Assembly: GCA_903902705.1 (NCBI GenBank)
Contig: CAIUVX010000113.1
Span: 1,736 to 65,735 of the forward strand
Source of the DNA: an uncultured Methylococcales bacterium
GTDB lineage: Bacteria; Pseudomonadota; Gammaproteobacteria; Methylococcales; Methylomonadaceae
Direction: 5' to 3'
DNA: 64,000 nt
The stretch's first letter is position 1. The number at the start of each line of letters is the position of its first letter. The position numbers and the translations under genes are program-made. Below are positions 20,448-27,499 of this stretch, in pieces. The notes beneath the pieces are model-generated. The model had not been told where the DNA came from and did no database searches. It saw only the letters and a list, made by a program, of their open reading frames with translations.

Positions 20448-21182
20448 ATGCTGTTAATTCCCGCTATTGATTTAAAAGATGGAAAATGTGTGCGCCTACG
20501 TCAAGGACGCATGGAAGATGACACGGTATTTTCTGATAATCCTGTTGAAGTTGCAGGTCGTTGGGTTGCCTTAGGTGCAAGACGCATACATTTAGTTGAT
20601 TTAGATGGCGCGTTTGCAGGTAAACCCAGAAATGCCGACGTAATTCACGCGATTGTCGAAGCCTATCCCGATGTTCCTGTGCAAATCGGCGGCGGTATTC
20701 GTGATGAAGATACCATTCAAGCCTATCTCAATGCAGGCGTGGAATACGTCATCATCGGCACTAAAGCCGTCAACGAACCGCATTTTGTTCGTGATATGGC
20801 AATCGAATACCCGCGCCGCATTATCGTCGGCTTGGATGCCAAAGACGGCAAAGTCGCGATTGACGGCTGGTCAAAACTGTCCAAACATGACGTAATCGAT
20901 TTAGCGCAACACTTTGAATCCGATGGCGTAGAAGCCATTATTTACACCGACATTTCCAGAGATGGCATGATGCAAGGTGTCAACGTCGAAGCCACAGCCC
21001 GCTTAGCCCGTGCTATTAACATCCCCGTGATTGCCTCAGGCGGCATCACCAACATGGACGATATACACGCCTTAGGTAAAGTCGCCCACGAAGGCATTAT
21101 GGGCGCGATTACAGGTCGAGCAATTTATGAAGGGTCATTGGATTTTGCCGAAGCGGAGAGGATTGCTGAGACTTACGCATGA
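20448..21182 (+). CDS. hisA: ProFAR isomerase HisA
   Basis: [17 protein letters not shown] start with TGAGG upstream; GGGIR and SGGI motifs. The start at 20448 is preferred over 20397. Confidence 0.93.
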   Translation: MLLIPAIDLKDGKCVRLRQGRMEDDTVFSDNPVEVAGRWVALGARRIHLVDLDGAFAGKPRNADVIHAIVEAYPDVPVQIGGGIRDEDTIQAYLNAGVEYVIIGTKAVNEPHFVRDMAIEYPRRIIVGLDAKDGKVAIDGWSKLSKHDVIDLAQHFESDGVEAIIYTDISRDGMMQGVNVEATARLARAINIPVIASGGITNMDDIHALGKVAHEGIMGAITGRAIYEGSLDFAEAERIAETYA

Positions 21183-21640
21183 AAAGCTCAGAAGAAATAA
21201 AGCAACTTGCTTACGAGCGATTAAGCGAAGCGGAAATACTTTGTGAGAATGAAAAGTATGATGGCGCGTTTTATTTAGCAGGTTACAGTATTGAATTGAT
21301 GCTGAAAGCTAAAGTGTGCGAACATTTTGATATTGATAATTTGTTTGATGAGACGTGTCAAATTTATGGCGTTGGCGAAGTCAGAAAAGCGTTAAAAACG
21401 CACGACATTGGTGTATTGTTAGTGTTTAGTGGTTTATTCATCAAACTTGAAAACGCAAAAAGTACCGATAAAGTGTTAATGCAGACTTATGCTCGCCTGT
21501 TTGCAACATCGGGGCGTTGTTTATGGAATGAGCAGGTACGTTATCAAGTACTTGGTAGTCAGAATGCTGAAAACGTTCAGGCATTGATAACGTTGTTACA
21601 ACATGAAGCAGGAGTATTGCAATGGATAGAAAAGAATTAG
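21179..21640 (+). CDS. HEPN domain-containing protein (predicted RNase-type toxin or effector)
   Basis: 153 aa. HEPN-like N-terminal helix pair ([27 protein letters not shown]) and an intact Rx4-6H motif R69-KALKT-H75 followed by D (codons at 21383..21403). Its ATG overlaps the hisA TGA (ATGA). Confidence 0.7.
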   Translation: MKSSEEIKQLAYERLSEAEILCENEKYDGAFYLAGYSIELMLKAKVCEHFDIDNLFDETCQIYGVGEVRKALKTHDIGVLLVFSGLFIKLENAKSTDKVLMQTYARLFATSGRCLWNEQVRYQVLGSQNAENVQALITLLQHEAGVLQWIEKN

Positions 21641-21936
21641 CCATTAAATTGGAAGATTTCAAAAAAACGTGTCAAAACAAAGGCTACATCATTGGAGAAC
21701 TTTATTTTGATGAAGCCATTCCAGGCATGATTCCAAGTTCTTTCATTGTCAAAATGATGGTTAAAAAATCATGGATGGACACAATGAGTAGCACGGGCAA
21801 AGCTTTAGACGCACTTATTGATGTACTTTGGGATACCACCGAAGCCAAAACCCGCACAAGTGTCCATGTGTTAAGTATTTATAATGAAGATGAGCGTGAT
21901 TTGCTTGAACAACCGCTACACCGTGAAGTCGCCTAA
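21622..21936 (+). CDS. Hypothetical 104-aa protein, paralog of the N-terminal half of the next gene
   Basis: Overlaps the HEPN gene by 19 nt. Shares MD.KEL...L..F.....Y.I.E...D.A.P.....F..K..V.K.W...S and H.L.IY with 21966..22523. No MNT (GS..DxD) motif visible. Confidence 0.6.
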   Translation: MDRKELAIKLEDFKKTCQNKGYIIGELYFDEAIPGMIPSSFIVKMMVKKSWMDTMSSTGKALDALIDVLWDTTEAKTRTSVHVLSIYNEDERDLLEQPLHREVA

Positions 21937-21965
21937 ATTTTAAATATTTAGTAAGGATTATTGCG

Positions 21966-22523
21966 ATGGATATAAAAGAATTAATAGCTGAATTAAAATA
22001 CTTTATTGAAGGCTATAAAAGTGAGAGCTACCTAATAAATGAACCATGTATTGATGTGGCTTATCCGTTTAGTGTTGATGCTTTTGTTATTAAAATAACA
22101 GTGGAAAAAGAATGGACAGAATCTGTTAGTAATTGGGAGCGTTTATTGATGAATATTCTTAAAAAGACGACCACAGTTAAAACTTATAAAAACATTCACT
22201 TATTAGTTATTTATATTTTTGGCACAACAAAAAAACGTGCTTTAATTAATCCATCTTTAACCTATGAACAAATTAAAAATTTATGTTTTAGTAAAAAGTA
22301 TTATATTCGTCAATTAACTGAAGAGTGTGTAAAGCACGGCAACTTAAGTAACAGACAAATAAAGCAAATATGTCGTATTTTAGATGACGGATATTCTGTA
22401 GATTCTTGTGATAAGGGAATAATTATATTATTAATGGAGAGATACTGGACAAATTACGATTTCAGATGCTTTATAAATAAAAATGGTTTTAAAAAACTAC
22501 GCCTGCTATCTAATAACCTTTAG
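21966..22523 (+). CDS. Hypothetical 185-aa protein: N-terminal domain paralogous to the 104-aa protein plus a unique C-terminal extension of about 95 aa
   Basis: Long ORF in a visibly very AT-rich stretch. N-terminal similarity to the preceding ORF seen by eye. No family recognised. Confidence 0.55.
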   Translation: MDIKELIAELKYFIEGYKSESYLINEPCIDVAYPFSVDAFVIKITVEKEWTESVSNWERLLMNILKKTTTVKTYKNIHLLVIYIFGTTKKRALINPSLTYEQIKNLCFSKKYYIRQLTEECVKHGNLSNRQIKQICRILDDGYSVDSCDKGIIILLMERYWTNYDFRCFINKNGFKKLRLLSNNL

Positions 22524-22552
22524 AATTCAATTAACTAAATAAAAATAAATAC

Positions 22553-23326
22553 ATGAGCCTAGCCAAACGTATTATTCCCTGCCTTGATGTTGATAACGGT
22601 CGCGTTGTAAAAGGCGTGCAGTTTGTTGATATTCGTGATGCAGGAGACCCTGTGGAAATCGCCCGCCGTTATGACCGTGAAGGCGCGGATGAAATCACCT
22701 TTTTAGACATCACTGCTACCCATCATGAACGCAACACAATGGTTCATGTGGTGGAACAAGTTGCCAGTGAAGTGTTTATACCGCTCACGGTGGGCGGCGG
22801 TATTCGTACCTTAGACGACATACGCACCATGTTAAACGCAGGTGCGGATAAGGTTGGCATTAACAGCGCGGCAATCTTTAGACCTGAATTTGTCAGAGAA
22901 GCCGCCGAACGTTTTGGCTCGCAATGTATCGTGGTTGCCATTGATGCCAAAAAAGTCAGTGCGGACGGTGAACCCAATCGCTGGGAGATTTTCACCCACG
23001 GCGGACGCAAACCCACAGGCATAGACGCAGTCGAATGGGCGGTGAAAATGGTTGAATTTGGCGCGGGTGAAATTCTATTAACCAGCATGGACAAAGACGG
23101 CACGAAAAGCGGCTTTAACTTACCCTTAACCCGCGCTGTCAGTGAAGCGGTCTCTGTGCCTGTGATTGCATCGGGTGGCGTAGGTAACTTAGACCATTTA
23201 GCCGAAGGCATACTCGAAGGCAAAGCCGATGCGGTATTAGCCGCCAGTATTTTTCATTTTGGTGAATATACCATTGAACAAGCCAAGCGACATTTGCGTT
23301 CACGCGGTATTGAAGTGAGATTATAA
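22553..23326 (+). CDS. hisF: Imidazole glycerol phosphate synthase, cyclase subunit
   Basis: 257 aa. [18 protein letters not shown] and ASGG motifs. Confidence 0.96.
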   Translation: MSLAKRIIPCLDVDNGRVVKGVQFVDIRDAGDPVEIARRYDREGADEITFLDITATHHERNTMVHVVEQVASEVFIPLTVGGGIRTLDDIRTMLNAGADKVGINSAAIFRPEFVREAAERFGSQCIVVAIDAKKVSADGEPNRWEIFTHGGRKPTGIDAVEWAVKMVEFGAGEILLTSMDKDGTKSGFNLPLTRAVSEAVSVPVIASGGVGNLDHLAEGILEGKADAVLAASIFHFGEYTIEQAKRHLRSRGIEVRL

Positions 23327-23328
23327 TC

Positions 23329-23597
23329 ATGCCCACTATTTCTATGTTTTACGGCATTATTATTGTGTGTACTTCATGGATAATAAACAACACAAACTGC
23401 CACATATCCATGTTAAATATCAGGATGATGAAGTTATTGTTGCTATTCCAGAGGGTGATATTTTGGAAGGCAGTATTCCAAAAGCCAAAATGAAATTATT
23501 ACAAGCATGGATTGAAATACATAAGGATGAGTTAATGGCAGATTGGCAACTCGCTGTTTCTGGTGAACTGCCTTATAAAATTGAACCGTTACGTTAA
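23329..23597 (+). pseudogene. DUF4160 domain protein with an apparent frameshift at a GTGTGT run
   Basis: The ATG at 23329 encodes MPTISMFYGIII, the characteristic DUF4160 N-terminus. The rest of the domain (YFMDNKQHKLPHIHVKYQDDE...) continues in another frame from 23367. The frames meet at GTGTGT (23365..23370). Confidence 0.65.
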
Positions 23598-23601
23598 TAT
23601 C

Positions 23602-23871
23602 ATGAATCCCCGTGTTAAAACCGTTAAACCAACGGATGATTATCAATTAATACTGGAATTTACTAATGGTGAATGCGGTATTTATGATTGTAAACCATTA
23701 TTAGATTTTGGTGTATTTAGGGAATTACAAGACATTAACTATTTTAAACAAGTTACTATTATTGATGGCACGGTAACGTGGGTAAATGAACAAGATATTT
23801 GTCCTGATACGCTTTATTTGGATTCTGTGATGATTGATAATGAAATAGCCACAATAGATAGACTGATGTAA
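23602..23871 (+). CDS. DUF2442 domain-containing protein
   Basis: MNPRVKTVKPTDDYQLILEFTNGE...D...L pattern typical of DUF2442. It directly follows DUF4160, as in the common two-gene arrangement. Confidence 0.7.
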   Translation: MNPRVKTVKPTDDYQLILEFTNGECGIYDCKPLLDFGVFRELQDINYFKQVTIIDGTVTWVNEQDICPDTLYLDSVMIDNEIATIDRLM

Positions 23872-23881
23872 AGAAGCCTAT

Positions 23882-23921
23882 CGTTCGCGATTGATGGGCT
23901 TCGTACCTCAGCCCATCCTAT
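23882..23921 (-). repeat. Copy of the repeat ATAGGATGGGCTGAGGYACGAAGCCCAT...TCGCG in inverted orientation relative to 25809..25844
   Basis: The reverse complement of 23882..23921 aligns with 25809..25844 with 3-4 mismatches. Contains an internal GGGCT/AGCCC hairpin. Confidence 0.7.
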
Positions 23922-23971
23922 GCACTATGCACTCGACCTACCGACTAAAAATAAATAGTTAGATAACAATT

Positions 23972-24385
23972 ATGAATGAAATAATTACAAATCTTGTCTT
24001 TAGTATCCCACCAGGTATTGTCAGTGGACTCTATGCTGGGATTGTGGTTGCTAGATACCAACGGTTTGCTGACCTACGTTTGCAAGCAAAAAAACTTATC
24101 CTTGAAATCGAATTCATCAATCATGGCAACAAAATAATTTTTCCCAAAAGAAAAGGCATTCCTGAATTTGATATTATCGTATCGGATTTGCTATTTCTAA
24201 GACACAAGAAGGCGGCAGAGACTATTCTTCAACTTTCTGTAGATATAAGAAGTGCTATTACTAGGGCGGAAGCGGGACAAATCGATATTAATTCATTCAA
24301 TAACGATTATCTATCATGGCAAGTATCGATTCGTAGTATTTCACCAAGCCCTCTCCAAGTGCTTCGGTTATGGGGTGGGCTTTAA
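23972..24385 (+). CDS. Hypothetical protein with an N-terminal transmembrane helix
   Basis: 137 aa; LVFSIPPGIVSGLYAGIVVA hydrophobic segment. No family recognised. Confidence 0.5.
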   Translation: MNEIITNLVFSIPPGIVSGLYAGIVVARYQRFADLRLQAKKLILEIEFINHGNKIIFPKRKGIPEFDIIVSDLLFLRHKKAAETILQLSVDIRSAITRAEAGQIDINSFNNDYLSWQVSIRSISPSPLQVLRLWGGL

Positions 24386-24525
24386 TTCTCCTTGTAACAC
24401 AGTCGAAGACGATCTTGCATCTTCATGATGTATTAAAAGACGCTGGAGCGTCAACTAACGCATTCCAACGCAGAGCGTTGGAACGATTTATTGTAAAGTT
24501 AGCAAATAACGGAGCTTTTATAAAA

Positions 24526-25005
24526 ATGAAAAATAATTTTTTATTCATGGTTTTTATTTTCACCTCTAGTTTTATTAACCCTGTTTCTGTTAATGCAGAG
24601 GGTATTGTTACTATAGCTACACTGACTGGAAAATGTACTAAAGTAGAGGCAATGGGTGTATTGGCAGATCCTAAGTTATGTTCAAACAAATTAATAAACA
24701 ATATACATCCGAATGGTCGTAGTGCATTCACATTTATGCTCAAGGATGATGTACTTATTTATTTTTCAGGGGATGGTTCAAAGCAAATTCATACAGATGA
24801 GGATAATGCAACACAACCCATTGATCGGGTTTCTTTTACTTTTGATGGTAGCACTGATGAACTCAAAGCTATTGGTTTTTGTGTATTTTCAAATCCATAT
24901 AAACATAAACCTGCAAAAGTAATATGCTCTGCCGATACCAGTCAAGGTACATTTTCTGGAGAATTTATCAGTAATGGCGTTAGTCCTGATATTAACGAAA
25001 TATAA
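24526..25005 (+). CDS. Hypothetical secreted protein
   Basis: The start at MKNNFLFMVFIFTSSFINPVSVNA gives a clean signal peptide. The upstream part of the listed ORF (24370..) is translation of dispersed repeats. Confidence 0.5.
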   Translation: MKNNFLFMVFIFTSSFINPVSVNAEGIVTIATLTGKCTKVEAMGVLADPKLCSNKLINNIHPNGRSAFTFMLKDDVLIYFSGDGSKQIHTDEDNATQPIDRVSFTFDGSTDELKAIGFCVFSNPYKHKPAKVICSADTSQGTFSGEFISNGVSPDINEI

Positions 25006-25086
25006 TCGAACCTGTAAGCCTTGTAGGGTACGCCGTGCGTACCTTTAAATCTACGCAAAAATACAGGGAAGTTAATGGCATAAAAA

Positions 25087-25207
25087 AGCCGTGAAGTTGT
25101 TGGCTTCACGGCTTGATGTGTTGGGTTTCGCTATCGCTCTACCCAACCTACAGGCTACGGGCTGAATTGGTATAATCGGTGGGCAAGCAAAAAGACGCTT
25201 GCCCACC
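25087..25207. repeat. Cluster of three structured repeats: hairpin AGCCGTGAAG/CTTCACGGCT (25087..25113), a GTTGGGT...ACCCAACCTAC element (25118..25164), and hairpin GGTGGGCAAGC/GCTTGCCCACC (25178..25207)
   Basis: Stems read directly from the sequence. The second element recurs at 25690..25748. Confidence 0.7.
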
Positions 25208-25246
25208 CTACCTGACTTTACCAAATTTTATTAGGAATTTTAAAAC

Positions 25247-25648
25247 ATGAAAGAGTTTGGTGTTATCACGTTGCTTTTTAGCTTATTTGCTTCTAGTTAT
25301 GCTTATGGTTATGAAACGACCCTTGATCGGGAACAAGAAGAGCGGGAAAAAGATCGAATGTATGGATATATTACTGAACTTGATAACAGACTTATTTCTT
25401 ACAAGAGTTATCATGAAAAAATGCAGTTTTTATCAAAAACAGAGACATATTTAGATAATAATGAAAGTAATTATTCTATATCAGATTTTTACGCTAGAAA
25501 AAACGTAATAATCATTGAAAAATGTGCTTTAGGAGTGAGTTTAAAAATCGATAAAAATAAAGCCATGAAACTATGCAGTTCTGCGTTTTTTGAAGATAAA
25601 AAAAAGGACGCTAAAAAAAAGGACGCTTGGGGCGTTCCTGTTGAGTGA
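25247..25648 (+). CDS. Hypothetical secreted protein
   Basis: 133 aa; signal peptide-like MKEFGVITLLFSLFASSYA; lysine-rich tail. No family recognised. Confidence 0.5.
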   Translation: MKEFGVITLLFSLFASSYAYGYETTLDREQEEREKDRMYGYITELDNRLISYKSYHEKMQFLSKTETYLDNNESNYSISDFYARKNVIIIEKCALGVSLKIDKNKAMKLCSSAFFEDKKKDAKKKDAWGVPVE

Positions 25649-25689
25649 TTTTTATTAAGCCATGTAGGATGGAAAAACAAAAAATGCTT

Positions 25690-25748
25690 GCCAGCTCGTA
25701 GGTTGGGTTTCGTTATCACTCTACCCAACCTACGAGCTACGGGCTGGC
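25690..25748. repeat. Long hairpin element GCCAGCTCGTAGGTTGGGT...ACCCAACCTACGAGCT(ACGG)GCTGGC
   Basis: Arms of about 19 nt read from the sequence. Same family as 25118..25164 and related to 48843..48875 and 48915..48947. Confidence 0.7.
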
Positions 25749-25808
25749 ATGAATCATTAATCGTTACAACGCTCCGCGTTGTAACGCAACCGAAGACGCT
25801 CTAGCACG

Positions 25809-25844
25809 ATAGGATGGGCTGAGGCACGAAGCCCATTATTCGCG
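25809..25844 (+). repeat. Repeat ATAGGATGGGCTGAGGCACGAAGCCCATTATTCGCG, inverted partner of 23882..23921
   Basis: See 23882..23921. It is preceded by a TCGTTACAACGCTCCGCGTTGTAACG hairpin (25761..25786). Confidence 0.7.
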
Positions 25845-25914
25845 TTGCAACAATGCAAATCTTATCGCGTTATTTTTACAAAAAAACCGTTAAATCTATC
25901 GAGTAAGAATATTA

Positions 25915-26157
25915 ATGCCATTTGAAGTTATTAGCGAAATTAACGAAATAGAAACATTTACTGTCGGTTCTAAAATTCGAGAATTGAATAGATTGCAAGA
26001 GACTTATGGCAAAGGACGTTGGCGGAAATGCAAAGGAACTGCCATTATTAAACTAACGGATAATTCATTATTTTTAGCTGAATTACATTGGTATGAAGCA
26101 AAAGGAATTGGCAAAAAAGAACTGAAAATTAAATCGTTGTTGGAGGAAATACAATGA
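25915..26157 (+). CDS. Conserved hypothetical 80-aa protein, first gene of an overlapping pair
   Basis: GKGRWRKCKGTAIIKL....AELHWYEAKGIGKKELKIK motif. I recall it from unannotated small proteins in other bacteria but cannot name a family. Confidence 0.55.
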   Translation: MPFEVISEINEIETFTVGSKIRELNRLQETYGKGRWRKCKGTAIIKLTDNSLFLAELHWYEAKGIGKKELKIKSLLEEIQ

Positions 26158-26390
26158 TAGCGTCTGATATAAAAACAGATGGTTTTGTGGTTTGCATAGA
26201 TAATAAAGAATATCCTGCTTCTTTGGAACAGTTTAAAATTTATCGTGTGCTTGTAGATGAAACTGCCGCTCAACATAATTTTATCCGCGTCATTGATGAA
26301 TCGGGCGAAGATTATTTATATCCTGCTGATTATTTCATGCCGATTACGCTCACTGAACAAATTGCCCTAGCGATTTTACAAGCCGCTTAA
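26154..26390 (+). CDS. Conserved hypothetical 78-aa protein, second gene of the overlapping pair
   Basis: ATGA overlap with the previous gene. YPASLE..KIY.....E.AA.....RVIDESGEDYLYPADYF motif. No named family recognised. Confidence 0.55.
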   Translation: MIASDIKTDGFVVCIDNKEYPASLEQFKIYRVLVDETAAQHNFIRVIDESGEDYLYPADYFMPITLTEQIALAILQAA

Positions 26391-26436
26391 AATTTATGAA
26401 CGATACACAAACCGATATTAAGAGAATACATAAAAC

Positions 26437-26832
26437 ATGAATTGGTTAAATGAAATTCGCTGGACAGAAGAGGGCTTAATCCCTGTGATTGCCCAGCAAC
26501 ACGACAGCGGCAAAGTGGTGATGTTTGCGTGGATGAATCGTGAATCCTTGGCTTTAACGGTGCAGGAAGGTTATGCGGTGTATTGGTCACGCTCACGCGG
26601 TCGGTTATGGCGTAAGGGCGAAGAATCAGGGCATAGACAAAAAGTCATCGGCTTATTTATGGATTGTGATGAAGATGTGCTGTTGCTGCACATTGAACAA
26701 GAAGGCGGTATTGCCTGTCATACGGGACGTGAAAGCTGTTTTTATCGGCAGTTGGTTGATGGGCAATGGCAAGCAGTTGAGCCTGTGTTAAAAAATCCAG
26801 CCGAGATTTATGCAACACACGATGTAATTTGA
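26437..26832 (+). CDS. hisI: Phosphoribosyl-AMP cyclohydrolase (monofunctional, no HisE domain)
   Basis: 131 aa. [30 protein letters not shown] and CHTG..SCF motifs. Confidence 0.93.
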   Translation: MNWLNEIRWTEEGLIPVIAQQHDSGKVVMFAWMNRESLALTVQEGYAVYWSRSRGRLWRKGEESGHRQKVIGLFMDCDEDVLLLHIEQEGGIACHTGRESCFYRQLVDGQWQAVEPVLKNPAEIYATHDVI

Positions 26833-26980
26833 CTTTGTGTCTCAGCGTTTTTGAGATTGTCCATAATCTCAAAAAATACTTGTTGTCTGCTCTGTTGGTG
26901 ACTTTGGTTGCTTGAGACCAGAATATTAAAGCTATAGCCTCAAAATGAATCATGTTATGAAACTTTTTCGTGAATGACGA

Positions 26981-27490
26981 TTATCGATCTAATAATCCCA
27001 ATAATCCTTTCATTAATGCTAATGGTGTCGGCGGACAACCACTGATAGTCATATCAACAGGAATCACGTTAGACACCGCGCCACAGCACGCATAAGACTG
27101 ACCAAATTCACCGCCACAGACAGCGCAATCACCGACAGCGACTACCCATTTTGGATTAGGGGTGGCTTCATAAGTGCGTAACAGCGCAGTTTGCATGTGG
27201 CGTGATACTGGACCTGTGACTAATAACACATCGGCATGACGGGGCGAGGCGACGAAGTGAATACCAAAACGTTCAATGTCATAAAATGGATTATTGATAG
27301 CGTGAATTTCTAATTCACAGCCGTTACACGAACCCGCATCCACTTGACGAATGGCGATACTGCCCGAAAACTTTTTATCAATGCGGCGTTTAATTTCAAT
27401 CCCTAAAGTTTCCAGTTCCGCATCTTTAGGTGCTTTACATTTTTCGGTGACAATTCCCGTGGTGACTATTTTTTTCAGTAGTTTTAACAT
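26981..27490 (-). CDS. NuoB/HycG/HyfI-like small subunit of a group-4-hydrogenase-like membrane complex
   Basis: 169 aa. Retains the four cysteines of the proximal [4Fe-4S] site (GSCNGCE, GDCA, GCPP). Confidence 0.85.
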   Translation of the reverse strand: MLKLLKKIVTTGIVTEKCKAPKDAELETLGIEIKRRIDKKFSGSIAIRQVDAGSCNGCELEIHAINNPFYDIERFGIHFVASPRHADVLLVTGPVSRHMQTALLRTYEATPNPKWVVAVGDCAVCGGEFGQSYACCGAVSNVIPVDMTISGCPPTPLALMKGLLGLLDR

Positions 27491-27499
27491 GGTCGTTTC

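Noticed and set aside
22744-23223. 159-aa minus-strand ORF inside hisF
   Set aside because: It is antisense to a highly conserved hisF coding sequence and shows typical shadow-ORF composition (S/P/A/T-rich).
23872-25915. Possible CRISPR array or integron cassette array (attC sites), given many short structured repeats separating small ORFs
   Set aside because: - The repeats belong to several unrelated families, are irregularly spaced and are not separated by uniform spacers, so this is not a CRISPR array.
- The GTTGGGT...ACCCAAC hairpins contain GTTRRRY/RYYYAAC-like cores, but in the opposite 5'-3' order from attC (R''...R').
- The same repeats are scattered across housekeeping regions.
- No integrase is present.
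26848-26876. AT-rich dyad TTTTTGAGATT-GTCCAT-AATCTCAAAAA after hisI as an intrinsic terminator
   Set aside because: The stem is almost entirely A/T, and the T-run is part of the 5' arm rather than following the stem. It is too weak to call.
26657-26953. 98-aa minus-strand ORF overlapping hisI
   Set aside because: It is antisense to the conserved hisI coding region and has no motifs.
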